The notes: a model not told the origin generated them from the letters alone. A DNA stretch of 64,000 nucleotides from Octopus bimaculoides (GCF_001194135.2 NC_068994.1:8173018-8237017), one strand, 5' to 3'; shown: positions 25,326 through 39,308, counted from the first letter of the stretch. Made by a program: numbers and translations.

Positions 25326-26572
25326 ATGAGTGTGGGTAAACATTAAATGCTATGCTACAAAAGTGTACAAAAGAAATAATAAACATGAGTGTGTGAGTGA
25401 GTGAGTGAGTGAGTCAGAGAAAACGTGTTCTTATCAAGTGGGCTATACAAGTAGAAAGAAAGAAAGGAATTATTAGTAAGAATTGGGTGAAAATTAACGA
25501 ATCAGATAAAGTGGAAGGGAGTGGGAGGGAGAGAGGTTGGAGTGAAGGGGGGAGAAGGGGGAATGGAAGAAGGAAGTTGTGGAGATAGAAGAGGAAAATT
25601 AATGACAAAAGAGGGAAAACGCAAGAGAAAGAATGGAGTATTTAATGAAATGCTGATAAAGAACGATTAAAATAAAGGTTAATAAATTAGTTGAATGAAA
25701 GAAGGATAACAACAGAAAGAGACAGAGAAATTCAGATCAAACAATAGGAGGAGAGAGAGAGAGAGAGAGAGATTAGCAAGGAAAATGGTCTAAAAGCATA
25801 AATGTAAAAATGAATTTGATGGAAAACACCACGGGAGAGAGAAGTCAGGGAAATTGACAAGGAAGAGGAGAAGCAAAAATTAATAGGAAGACAAAGAGAA
25901 GAGAGACGAGGAAGACAAAGAGAAGAAAGACAAAGAGAAGAAAGACAAGGAGAGAGAGAAAGAGAAAGAGAGATATCAGAAATGAAAGAATGAAAGTAAA
26001 AAGAAAGCGAGAGAGAGAGAGAAGAGAATTTGGCAGGCATTAGTTTTGGCTATGAGTTGGAGACACACCCAGTTAAACAAACATTCCTACACCGACGGAG
26101 TCTGACACTTTCTTTGCTAGCAGTGGTATATTAAGGCTGCAGTCACTCAGCAAGATGTGAGTGGTGTTTCGTCGGAAACTGTCCATTGGTTACCTTCGTA
26201 AATATGTCACTGGTACAAACAACGTCTTGGAACACAGGAGCAACTCCGGGTGTCTACTTCGACGTATCAAAACACATGCATACACCCTTACGCACGCACA
26301 AACGTTTTCATGTATGTGTGTGCGTGTATGTGTGCATACAATGGAATCAAAATATACACATTTACTATTTATGTAAAGATAAATAAACTTGTATACATAT
26401 GATACGTATATTCATAAAAAAAGTCACAATATATTTATAAGCCTCTCTCTCATACATACGCATATAGATATACACATGTACATATATATATACATATATA
26501 TATATACAGTTTACTATACACATACACACACACATACTTATATGCATACATGTGTATGTACATATCTGTATA

Positions 26573-26640
<68 letters not shown>

Positions 26641-27413
26641 NNNNNNNNNNNNNNNNNNNNNNNNNNNNNNNNNNNNNNNNNNNNNNNNNNNNNNNNNNNN
26701 NNNNNNNNNNNNNNNNNNNNNNNNNNNNNNNNNNNNNNNNNNNNNNNNNNNNNNNNNNNNNNNNNNNNNNNNNNNNNNNNNNNNNNNNNNNNNNNNNNNN
26801 NNNNNNNNNNNNNNNNNNNNNNNNNNNNNNNNNNNNNNNNNNNNNNNNNNNNNNNNNNNNNNNNNNNNNNNNNNNNNNNNNNNNNNNNNNNNNNNNNNNN
26901 NNNNNNNNNNNNNNNNNNNNNNNNNNNNNNNNNNNNNNNNNNNNNNNNNNNNNNNNNNNNNNNNNNNNNNNNNNNNNNNNNNNNNNNNNNNNNNNNNNNN
27001 NNNNNNNNNNNNNNNNNNNNNNNNNNNNNNNNNNNNNNNNNNNNNNNNNNNNNNNNNNNNNNNNNNNNNNNNNNNNNNNNNNNNNNNNNNNNNNNNNNNN
27101 NNNNNNNNNNNNNNNNNNNNNNNNNNNNNNNNNNNNNNNNNNNNNNNNNNNNNNNNNNNNNNNNNNNNNNNNNNNNNNNNNNNNNNNNNNNNNNNNNNNN
27201 NNNNNNNNNNNNNNNNNGAGTAAGTACCCGGCTTAAGAAAAAAAAAATCATAAGTACTGGGGGCGATTCGATAGCTTAAACATTCTTGAAGGCGATGCCC
27301 CAGCATGGCTGCACTTTAATGACTGCAACATGATATAAGAAACAAATATAAAATTACTCCTATGTTTGCGAAAGTACTTAAATTATTTTCTGCAGCGACG
27401 CTGCACTTTATAT

Positions 27414-27459
<46 letters not shown>

Positions 27460-27860
27460 GCACGCACATAATTAATAGATATATATAAAACAATTATATA
27501 TAACAAGGGCGCTTTTTTAAAACACCAGCTTTGTCAAAGATAGGAGTCTAACACTCCGAAGCCACAAGACTTAACGCTATATTTTCCCAGGCATAGATGG
27601 AAAAAAAAACTAGGTGAAATAAGTATTGCATCTTACCTCTGCTAAATTAAAAGAAGGAATGTCAATTAACTTCGAATTTAGCGCCAAAAAAACACGCTTG
27701 ATTCTCTTCAGGGTTATTTTTTGTGACTTCAGAGTGTTTTGACTCCTATCTTTAGCAAAGCTGTTGTTTTTAAAAAAGCACCCTTGTTATATATAATTCT
27801 TTTATATATATCTATTAATTTTGCCTATACGGTTTTAGCTTGCGGTCACTAACATCAATA

Positions 27861-27952
<92 letters not shown>

Positions 27953-28913
27953 CTTTCAAACAATTTGTTTAAAACAAATTTTGGTAGATCTACGCAAACA
28001 CGCAAAAGCCACGTGTTTGCGAGGAAGAAGGCATTATGCTGATAACGAATACTGAGGCTGGAATGTGTACCGGAAACGGAAGTTAGATTCTCTTTATTTC
28101 TTCTAGTATGTCAAAACCTTCAGAACGGATTTGACTGCTTGAAAATATCACCTCTTATGATTCACTGCTGCTATCCAACACCGTTAAGCTTTTGTTTACC
28201 TCCTCACTTCGCGTAGTAAATTAAACAATTAAGAATTTATCGTGAACAACATTGAGTACTCCCACGTCGCCTTGGGTATCTATAAGTATCTGTGTGTGTG
28301 TGTGAGTGTGTTTGCGTGTATGTGGGGGTGTCTTTGGTGACAAAAGAAAGTTACAACAATAAAAAAAAAGTCCCACACCTTGCTTCAGAATGAATGTGCC
28401 TGGGAAAAAGAAAAATTAAATTAACCGAAAAGAATAGAAAAGAGCAAAAATAATTTCTCCATAAAAGATAAAGATTGAGTAATAAATATACAAATAATAA
28501 ATCAAACAACGAGAACAAGTATAGAAATAATAAGCAACTACAAAAGATAGATATAGTTTAAATAATGACCCCGTTGTCGCCGCCTGCGTCACCAACGGGG
28601 TCACAGTTCTGTGTGCGTATTATCGCCATTTTTTTTCGTTTTAATGTTTGCTGCCCGATCACCCCATTATGATGCACGCTCACACAGGCGTGCGACATCA
28701 ATTTTGTGCGCACAATTATGGTGAGTATACATACGGATGTTTAGATACGCGTGTATGTGCGTTTATATTTGTGCGTGTATATGAGTATATGTGTGTTTGT
28801 GGATGTAGTGAGGGGGATCCGTAGTCCCTATTTTGATTAAAGTTTTCTTCTCGATGTATTTCGGTGTCAGAAATTGATTATTTTCTGTTGCAATGAACGA
28901 TACTTTATCGTAT

Positions 28914-28980
<67 letters not shown>

Positions 28981-28989
28981 ACATATATA

Positions 28990-29038
<49 letters not shown>

Positions 29039-29057
29039 TATTATTATTATTATTATT

Positions 29058-29460
29058 TCTTTATTGCCCACAAGGGGCTAAACATAGAGGGGACGAACAA
29101 GGACAGAGAAAGGGATTAAGTCGATGACATCAACCCCACTGCGCAACTGGTACTTAATTTATCGACCCCGAAAGGATGAAAGGCAAAATCGACCTCGGTG
29201 GAATTTGAACTCAGAACGTAAAGACAGACGAAATACTGCTAAGCATTTCGCTCGGTGTGCTAACGTTTCTGCCAGCTCGCCTGATTCCGGGTTCACTTGG
29301 GGAACCTTGGGAAAATGTGTCATCTCATATAGCTTCGGGCTGACAAAAGCCTTGTGAGTGGAACTGGTAAACGGAAACTAAATGAAGCCCGTAGTATATA
29401 TGTATGTATATATTCATGTGTGTTTGTGCGTGTTTCCTGCCATCGCTTGACAACCGATGC
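29058..29460. mobile_element. Family B SINE (minus, 29058-29282) fused to a partial family A SINE (plus, 29285-29460)
   Basis: Similarity to 17637-17870 and 11206-11629 respectively; runs into a gap. Confidence 0.8.
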
Positions 29461-29607
29461 NNNNNNNNNNNNNNNNNNNNNNNNNNNNNNNNNNNNNNNN
29501 NNNNNNNNNNNNNNNNNNNNNNNNNNNNNNNNNNNNNNNNNNNNNNNNNNNNNNNNNNNNNNNNNNNNNNNNNNNNNNNNNNNNNNNNNNNNNNNNNNNN
29601 NNNNNNN

Positions 29608-29657
<50 letters not shown>

Positions 29658-29929
29658 GCACACACACAAGCATTGTCGCACACACTCACTTAAACGCATA
29701 CACATACATGTGCGCATACACTAGTGTTTCGTTTTATACAAACAATCCTAATTATATTATTACTGTCAACAGACATAGATATCACCTATCGCACCACGAC
29801 AGACTGGCCATTGTACGGGCAAACACAGCCAATGGAAACGCTACAGCCACCACAACAACCACTGCCTCCGCCACACCGTCATTACAACAACAATAGTCTA
29901 TTTTCATGAGAGGTAGGGCAGCAACAAAT

Positions 29930-29945
29930 ATACGTACATATACAT

Positions 29946-29987
<42 letters not shown>

Positions 29988-30035
29988 CCTACATATATAC
30001 ATACATATACCTATAAATATACATACATACATATA

Positions 30036-30067
<32 letters not shown>

Positions 30068-30500
30068 GATATAAACAAAAAATATATAATAGTTGCATCT
30101 AAATTTTCAGTTACGCGCGCACGTCTGTTATTGTGTACATATGTATGTATGTATGTATGTATATAAACACATACGTACACAACAATAGACGTGCATATAA
30201 ATATAACTATTTATGGATATATATATATATATATATACAAATATATATATATATATACACACACATATATATATACACATACATATATATATATAATGCA
30301 CACAAACATACAACCGCGTGCACGCGCACACACACATATATATACATACAGACACAGTAATACACATACACATATATATATACATACAGACACAGTAATA
30401 GACACACACACACATATATACATATAAGCTGTTGATCACAAAATATGTATAGTTATATGTATGTATATAAGTGTGTGTGTATGCAAGCATATATGCCTGA

Positions 30501-30545
<45 letters not shown>
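29930..30545. repeat. Compound (TA)/(CA)/(TATG) microsatellite field
   Basis: Degenerate dinucleotide and tetranucleotide arrays; source of several spurious YIYI/HTHT ORFs. Confidence 0.95.
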
Positions 30546-30548
<3 letters not shown>

Positions 30549-31252
30549 GTATTCTGTGATAAACAACAGACTTACTATATAAACTTAAATTCTCAGACGT
30601 TATTATAAAAAGAAAAAATTCTCTTTTGAGATTAATACTAGCTGCGGCGCAGCGGGTTAAGTAACTGGAGCACATCATGCGTGCTTTGATATTTGTGTTT
30701 CCCGTTGAAATGATAGCCATACACAACAAACAACAGCATAACGGCTGTTTGGCTCATTACCTAAATATTATTATCTCCAAATCACTGTTACTATTGCAAC
30801 ATATTCACTCATTCTCAATCAGTATAATGTTCGTTTTTATGTGTCAAAATTAGGTATACGATTGCTAGAGCAATTAATTCAACGTCTTATTGGATTATCA
30901 CGTTCGTTATCATTTCAAAAGCAGGTGAGCCTGCTTAGAATATTCTATTGCATTTAGTATTTGCTTGTTGCCCATGCACTTGCTCAAGATACAGCGTAAT
31001 AACTCGCAGTGCCATAATAATATTAGGGACGAAACCTAATTTCATACGGTTTTCTAATAACTCTACTTTAATGATATCAATTCACTTCATGCGCAGTAGT
31101 GTGGTAAGAAGCTTGCTCCCCAAGCATATTATGCCGTGTTCAGCTCCAATGCGCGGCACCTCGGGCGATTGTCTTCCAATGTAGTCCTTAGTCGATTCTA
31201 AGAATTTAATAATAGTTATGTATGTGTTTTTTCGTGTTTTGTTCGAAAGGTA

Positions 31253-31338
31253 ACCACTCCTGAAGAAGTGCCAAATGTCTAAATCCAATGGACCAGTCAC
31301 TGGATAAGTTTGGCATAGAAATGTTAACATAGAGTGGT
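31253..31338 (+). ncRNA. Type I hammerhead ribozyme motif in a short Penelope-like repeat
   Basis: Stem I ACCACUC/GAGUGGU (7 bp); core CUGAAGA; stem II G-UGCCAAA/UUUGGCA-U with an extra A on each side; GAAA; palindromic helix III AUGUUAACAU; predicted cleavage after AUA (31331). Confidence 0.8.
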
Positions 31339-32183
31339 GAATAAATCGATATATCGAATTTGAAGTCTCTGTCTCTTTTGAATATGNNNNNNNNNNNNNN
31401 NNNNNNNNNNNNNNNNNNNNNNNNNNNNNNNNNNNNNNNNNNNNNNNNNNNNNNNNNNNNNNNNNNNNNNNNNNNNNNNNNNNNNNNNNNNNNNNNNNNN
31501 NNNNNNNNNNNNNNNNNNNNNNNNNNNNNNNNNNNNNNNNNNNNNNNNNNNNNNNNNNNNNNNNNNNNNNNNNNNNNNNNNNNNNNNNNNNNNNNNNNNN
31601 NNNNNNNNNNNNNNNNNNNNNNNNNNNNNNNNNNNNNNNNNNNNNNNNNNNNNNNNNNNNNNNNNNNNNNNNNNNNNNNNNNNNNNNNNNNNNNNNNNNN
31701 NNNNNNNNNNNNNNNNNNNNNNNNNNNNNNNNNNNNNNNNNNNNNNNNNNNNNNNNNNNNNNNNNNNNNNNNNNNNNNNNNNNNNNNNNNNNNNNNNNNN
31801 NNNNNNNNNNNNNNNNNNNNNNNNNNNNNNNNNNNNNNNNNNNNNNNNNNNNNNNNNNNNNNNNNNNNNNNNNNNNNNNNNNNNNNNNNNNNNNNNNNNN
31901 NNNNNNNNNNNNNNNNNNNNNNNNNNNNNNNNNNNNNNNNNNNNNNNNNNNNNNNNNNNNNNNNNNNNNNNNNNNNNNNNNNNNNNNNNNNNNNNNNNNN
32001 NNNNNNNNNNNNNNNNNNNNNNNNNNNNNNNNNNNNNNNNNNNNNNNNNNNNNNNNNNNNNNNNNNNNNNNNNNNNNNNNNNNNNNNNNNNNNNNNNNNN
32101 NNNNNNNNNNNNNNNNNNNNNNNNNNNNNNNNNNNNNNNNNNNATTTATGATGATATATATATACATATATATACATATATAC

Positions 32184-32232
<49 letters not shown>

Positions 32233-32243
32233 AATGATACAAA

Positions 32244-32400
32244 ATGGGACAAGAACGCAAAACATCCAGACAGTTAGGTGATACAAGAAAGGGACAACAA
32301 AACATCCAGATAGATGATACAAAGGAAACAACAAGGACAGGTCATTCGGAGTTAGCCGAAATTGCGAAGATAATCTGGATCTCGACTGAGGAAAGAAAAC
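32244..32400. repeat. Short interspersed repeat abutting (TA)n with an internal duplication
   Basis: CAAAACATCCAGA occurs twice about 40 bp apart; inserted next to a TA tract. Family not assigned. Confidence 0.4.
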
Positions 32401-32574
32401 AGAAATTGTATAAAAGAACGCTGAATGTGCTATGTCGATAATCGAAAAGTTCAGCCCTGTCATAGCCATGTTAAAGTGATTATACTTGGGAATTACATTA
32501 ATGGTGTGGAATGTCTGTGGAATACTTGGCCACTTCAAACGTTAAATCACTGAAACAAGTAAATGATAAAAGAT

Positions 32575-33121
32575 ATATGTGAACAGATGTGCGTTGCTTA
32601 GAGAGCCTGGAGACATCCTTTGCTGTTGTAACAGCCTTAATCTCGTCCTTTTTCTTCAGGATGGTGTAGATCATCGACCTGCTTCGGTCGTATTGACATG
32701 CTATGTCCACCACACGCACTCCTCTCTCATGTTTACCAAGGATTTCCTTCTTCAATTCTATCGTAATCAGCTTTTCCTTCTCTTCAAAACTGTCCCTTGC
32801 TCTAAGCTTCTTAGGACCCATGGCTAACACAACTAATTATTATAAAATAACAGCAAAAAAATGCACAAAATTAAACAATATCATTGAGAAAAAACACAAT
32901 AGGGATGCTGTGACAGCGAGATAAATATGTGAACTGAGCGAGCGGAGACTTCGCTTGTCGGGAGAGCGTGTGCGAACTCAGCGCCGACTAGCGGTCGTTT
33001 GTATGAAACTCGCTCGTACTGCGAATTTCCGCTCGTATTTAAAGACAAAAATTCGCACGAGCCTCGGTTCGTACAGCAAATTACTCCTACAATAGTGCAC
33101 TCGTACTGTAAGGTTCTACTG
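32575..33121 (-). mobile_element. Tigger/pogo-type DNA transposon 5' fragment with truncated transposase
   Basis: ORF 32830-32498 (MGPKKLRARDSFEEKEKLITIELKKEILGKHERGVRVVDIACQYDRSRSMIYTILKKKDEIK) resembles the CENP-B N-terminal HTH of Tigger transposases. TIR-like end CAGTAGAACCT lies at 33121-33111. No DDE domain seen. Confidence 0.85.
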
Positions 33122-33706
33122 TGTGTGTGTTTATGTATGTATGTATATATATATATATATTTGTGTGTGTGTGTGTGTGTGGACATATGTATGTGTCTGT
33201 ATATATCTATATATGTATGTGTGGATGTGTGAGTCAGTGTGTGTTTGTGTGAACGAGTAGTGTATTTGTAAGAGTTTGAAATCTAATTTAATATTCTTTC
33301 ATCTAATGCGGTATGCAAATCAAGTTTATTGTTCTTTTCTCTTCATTGTAAGGCCGTTATTGCATTAGGACAAATTTGGAATTAATTCAGACAAACTTAT
33401 TGCTACGCCGTTTAAATCCGTAGCTCTTTTCTCTCTTTCACATTCATACAATCACATTCATAATTTCTTCCTCACTGTTTCATAAAAGCAGAAAAGAAGC
33501 AATCTATAGTATAGCAATCTCCCAGTTCATTTAACTCAATGGAATGCTAATTAATGTCATGTGGGCCATTTTAAACTAAAACAATTAACCGTGTTGAGAA
33601 TCGACAATGATCATATAATCACGAGGACAGGTAATATTCAGCAATTCATTCGCACGTCATCAAATAACGTTACTCTATTTACACTCATCGCGTGTGTATG
33701 AGTATA

Positions 33707-33751
<45 letters not shown>

Positions 33752-36036
33752 AGATAAGATCGCTCACACACACACACAAAGACATAGTATAAACATATAC
33801 ATATTGTGCATGTGTATAAATGCGTCTGATTGATTCGTACGAAAGTGTAAATATACGTAAGGAAGTATATGTGCATTTGTTTGTAGGGGTAGCAAGACAG
33901 GCCTTACAATACAGTTCTACTTACCACACAGACACTCCTACGCCTATATACGTCTCAACCTTATATTTTAAAGATTATACTACTGAGTAAGCAAATTTCG
34001 TCAAGTAAAATAATTATGTAATGTTTCTGTTGATACTAAGACCTTTAGGGAACATTTCCTTAATAAATAGGTAAATAGGGATATTTTATTGTTTTAAAAA
34101 ATAACAGTTATAATAAATTTGTCGGAGGTACAAACATTGACAATGCTTCTAAGTTTCATTTTAAAGTGAAATTATTGCATTATTATTTCCTTGTATAATT
34201 TCTTATAGAAGACTGAGCCATGCCACATCGCAGAATATTCAAATGCATGCTGCAAGTAATTCAAATCTTCTACTTCGAGCAGGAAGCCTCAGATATACTG
34301 AGAATTCGAAGCGATATGTTAAATGTTTGCATTATTGTAATAAGCGCGAATGACGTAATTTCCAGCGCGTACAGAAACCGGGAATAAAACATTTACGCGA
34401 GAGCGAGAGCAAGGACAAGTGAAATGATAAGTACACTAATGTATTTTGAAAGCCAGGACGTATGAAGCATAGAATTAGATTATGATAAGGTAACATACAT
34501 TAATCATCACTTATGTTATAAGTGTTTATATAAACCTATAACACTGACTCACAAGAAAAGCTAAGAGAAACTTCTACGTAGTCGTGCGATTTATTAAGAG
34601 TAACAACAGCCATGTCTTTTTTCAGCTAAGTCCTTGAACTTCTTCAACTTTATAGAAAAAAAAAATTGGTATTCTTGCAGAACAATTAGCAAAATCAGTT
34701 GTGCATTATGTGGTCCCAAATCTTTTCTGACAATGTGTTATATACCGTACATACATACATACATACCCTTACACATAATATAAATATATATATATATATA
34801 CATACGTACATACATACATACATATACATTCACACATCTATGTTGTGAAATTCAATTATTTTATTCCGACATACACACACAAAAAACCCCACCTCCTCGA
34901 CTACTAACACTAATATTTATTTCTGGAGAAAATGATATTTTAAAAGCCACCAACAGTCGTCCATGAATGACACAGAATGTCATGTAATGGTGCCTTATCT
35001 AGAAACGCAATATGGTTTATACTAGGCTATCATTAAATAATTTCTGAGAGGAGATCAAACATTTTTCGTGTCAGAAAAAAGTTTAAATTTCATTTCCCCC
35101 GAAAATTTCACCGAATAAGACTTTCAAAATCAATTTTAGTTGAAATTCCTGATTCTGATTCTATTCAAGAATATTCGTAGATATTTCGCAGTTGTTTTAG
35201 TGTACGTAATGAATGATCTAAAAAGCAGAGAGAGGGGGGGGGGGNNNNNNNNNNAACAAAAAAACTGAAATGTGTTGGAAACTACGATAACGCAGAAAAG
35301 TCTTTTTCTTTTTTTCTTTTTTTTTTTGTCTTTCTATTCTTATCAGACTGAAAAGAGAGAACAAATATTTTGAGTCTGCAATGCTTAATGTGAAAGAGAG
35401 GAAGGTTAGGTTTAGTTTTGAATGTCTAATTTTCGCCCTGAATGTATGTAAATGTGTTAGAAATAAAGGACATTACTCACTGAATTATATTCAAAATGGA
35501 GTCTTTTCGGAATAAAAAGAGCTGATGTAATGGAGAGGTGTAGAGAGTAATTGTAGAAAACATTTAGACAGAATAATTGTGAAGTATTATCAATAGGAAA
35601 TGGTTGTTGATGAATCGTTATGTTTTCGGGGGTAGCTAAGTACAGATTTTAACACAAAGACTGTTATTCAAAATCTTGGGAACCGACATATAGTTCAAGA
35701 CAGTAGCCTGATACTTACACTCATGTGAATAAAATAAAATAAAAATTTCCCCTTATTATTCAATGTAGTCAGGAAAGAAATACCTAAACCATTGTCCAGT
35801 ATTTTTCAAAAACAATCTAATGGTAAACATTTTACAACTTCACTATAAATTTTGCTCCACTACTTCGTCGGCAAATAAAGCGAAAGTGTAGAATATGGAA
35901 TAATTTGGAGAAATTAATGACAATGACATTTGGGATTAAATTATCGTTTCCCAGATAATGTAAGGACAGTATTTAGAATTTTCAAGCAAAATTCACGGTG
36001 TAACCAAATTTTGTAAAAGGAAATGGCGCTACCTAC

Positions 36037-36070
<34 letters not shown>

Positions 36071-36097
36071 CACTGTGTGTGTGTGTGTATAAATATA

Positions 36098-36308
36098 AAG
36101 GCGGTGAGCTGGCAGAATCGTTAGCACGCTGGGCGGAATACTTACCGGTATTTCGCCCGTTGCTATGTTTTGAGTTCTAATTCCACCGAGGTCAACTTTG
36201 CCCTTCATCATTTCGGGGTCGATAAATTAAGTACCAGTTGAGTACTGGCATCGATGTGATCGACTGCCCCCTCCCCACAAAATCCAGGCTATGTGTCTAC
36301 AGTAGAAC
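36098..36308 (+). mobile_element. SINE family B
   Basis: GGCGGTGAGCTGGCAGAATCGTTAGCACGC..GGGGTCGATAAATTAAGTACCAG. Confidence 0.85.
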
Positions 36309-37109
36309 GCTGCAATAGTAAAACATGCCTGAAAAATTTGAAAAATTGAAAATTTACTTATTTTCTATACAGTATTGAATTGTGTGTGTTTGTGTGTATG
36401 TATGTAGGTATGTATATATGTCATTTCATGATTTCTTGCCCATAGGGAAATAGTCGGTTTCTAACCTAGATCCAAGGCTCCTTCATTGGAATTTCGACAT
36501 CAGCAACAGGGTATTTTTGTATGTATGTATGTACGTATGTGTTCTCACGCATATAGTCGCATATCTAGACATGCTAATATATATTCAAATGATAAACATC
36601 TGGAAAGTTTTACACATTTTTACAGTTCCAGTGATGGCTATGTATATCGGTACTTAAGCAATGTGGCCCCACAATTAGATAATATCAGAGGGAAACTGTC
36701 ATATCTTAAGCAAAAGATTATATTGAGAAAAATTAACCTCCTAGGCGAAGCTGAGAAAACTTTATATTTCAAAGCTTATAATTAATATATTTCAAAAGAT
36801 ATGGTTGACTGGATAATTAGACAACTGTAATTAAGATAACATCATATAGTTTTTCCCTTCCTAAATTAAGTCCGGATTCGTCCGGAGTCAACGTCACTGC
36901 TTATCTGCCCAGGGATGGTAATGAATCACTAGAATAAAGTATTACATTCTTTTTCTCAATAAAACATCCCAAAGAAACTGGTCAAAATAAATATCAGTGA
37001 TATTCTGAGGATCGCTGTAATCAGGTTTATCCCAACGTCGAGGAGTAGATTCAACAACCAGTGGAAATAATCTTTATCAAAAAGTCAGTCAGAATCCCCT
37101 TTGATATTA

Positions 37110-37269
37110 CTCTTACTCTTTTACTTGTTTCAGTCATTTGACTGTGGCCATGCTGGAGCACCGCCTTTAGTCGAGCAAATCGACCCCAGGACTTATTCTT
37201 TGTAAACACACCAGCATCGGTTGTCAAGCGATGTTGGGGAGGGGGACAAACACAGACATGCAAACATAT

Positions 37270-37310
<41 letters not shown>

Positions 37311-37365
37311 CACATACATACATATATACGACGGGCTTCTTTTCAGTTTCCGTCTACCAAATCCT
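37110..37365 (-). mobile_element. SINE family A, 5'-truncated with internal deletion
   Basis: Matches 9112-9385 but lacks the AAGCCTAG...GTAAG segment. Confidence 0.85.
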
Positions 37366-39308
37366 TCGCAGGTAGAATAAACCTTACTTGTAATTAAGTG
37401 ATCAACGAAAGTTGAAATATCAGGTGAATTAAAAGAAAACGACTGTGTTATCGTGTGNNNNNNNNNNNNNNNNNNNNNNNNNNNNNNNNNNNNNNNNNNN
37501 NNNNNNNNNNNNNNNNNNNNNNNNNNNNNNNNNNGTGTGCTGCTATCTGACATATCAATTCACGTAGTTGACTTAGAAAGCAGAGATTAACTTTCACTTT
37601 GGAATGTTAAGTCAGAATCAAAAGAAAATACCCATGTCAACAGTATATGCAATCTGAAAGACAACGGTTTTACGTTTTAATGAGAAAGCTTCAGAACATG
37701 TCAAATCAGCATAACGGATGCTGAGCCACTGTAAAGCAATATGGCGGAATGTGTTATTTTTTTTTTCTTTTTGCGTATGCTTTTCTTTTTTAAAATACAC
37801 CTCCACAGCCACACATGCGAACACCCCCCCCACACACACACATACAAAAGAAAAAAAAACACTTTTTTTTCTTCAAACTGTCATTTTCAGTTCTCACACC
37901 GGTATTTCTTTTGTGCTTGAGACGAACATAATTTGTTATGAGTAACAGGATTCAATAAGTGAACCAGCAGAGTTTAAGAAGCAAAATATCTTTAAATAGT
38001 ATATCGCTTGAGGTTATATCACAATAGAACACAATAGGAAGTATAAATTGCCTTAAACTGAAACAATAGATATAAAAGTTTTCCATGAGAACCATCCAAC
38101 ACAGCGCAATTATCAAAGAATACGACGCGATGTGAATATTTGATATAAAATAATTTAAACACACACAGACACTCTCGTCTGACTGTCTGTCAGACTGTCC
38201 GTATGCAAGCATGTATGTATGTATGTATGTATGTACGCAAGTACACCTACACATAGTTCTTAAATAAATACCTAAAACGCTAATGTCTATAAATAAACGT
38301 GTGAAAATGTTGAAGGTGGCAAGAGAAAGGTGAGGAGACGTTCTTAGAAATAATGTAGAAAAATGTATGTTTGTATACGCACACAAGCACAGTGTACCAC
38401 ATACATACATAGCACTGGATGTACAAATACACTACAGAATCGTATGTTAACATCAATTCACGATATATAATAACCAACACCTGTATGTATACAAACGGCA
38501 TCCTCGCAGATCACAACACAGACATTCTCGGGGAAAACAGTATTTTCGTAGTCCCATATACAATGTATACTAATAAATTTAAAAGCCCCCTGCCCCAGAT
38601 ACAAAATTGTTAGTCAGGGAAATGAATAAGCTCGTCCATTTCGAGGAAAATCTAGCGATGACTTGCAGCAGTCGCTAAAAGTGATGTGTCGATGTAATTA
38701 CAGCGAAAATAAATCTTACAAGGAATAACAATGTTTTGTTAGTGACTGCAAGTNNNNNNNNNNNNNNNNNNNNNNNNNNNNNNNNNNNNNNNNNNNNNNN
38801 NNNNNNNNNNNNNNNNNNNNNNNNNNNNNNNNNNNNNNNNNNNNNNNNNNNNNNNNNNNNNNNNNNNNNNNNNNNNNNNNNNNNNNNNNNNNNNNNNNNN
38901 NNNNNNNNNNNNNNNNNNNNNNNNNNNNNNNNNNNNNNNNNNNNNNNNNNNNNNNNNNNNNNNNNNNNNNNNNNNNNNNNNNNNNNNNNNNNNNNNNNNN
39001 NNNNNNNNNNNNNNNNNNNNNNNNNNNNNNNNNNNNNNNNNNNNNNNNNNNNNNNNNNNNNNNNNNNNNNNNNNNNNNNNNNNNNNNNNNNNNNNNNNNN
39101 NNNNNNNNNNNNNNNNNNNNNNNNNNNNNNNNNNNNNNNNNNNNNNNNNNNNNNNNNNNNNNNNNNNNNNNNNNNNNNNNNNNNNNNNNNNNNNNNNNNN
39201 NNNNNNNNNNNNNNNNNNNNNNNNNNNNNNNNNNNNNNNNNNNNNNNNNNNNNNNNNNNNNNNNNNNNNNNNNNNNNNNNNNNNNNNNNNNNNNNNNNNN
39301 NNNNNNNN

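Noticed and set aside
27655-27715. Minus-strand CTGAAGA-GAAT...ATTC-GAAG with near-palindrome GTTAATTGAC
   Set aside because: G15.1-C16.1 instead of A-U, and no stem I pairing.
32354-32400. CTGAGGA-containing segment as a hammerhead
   Set aside because: No GAAA with matching stems in either orientation, even if the neighbouring segment is treated as inverted.
36440-36510. Minus-strand CCAATGA...GAAACCGACTA as a variant hammerhead
   Set aside because: Core differs at several positions and the stems are weak; unsupported without a family alignment.
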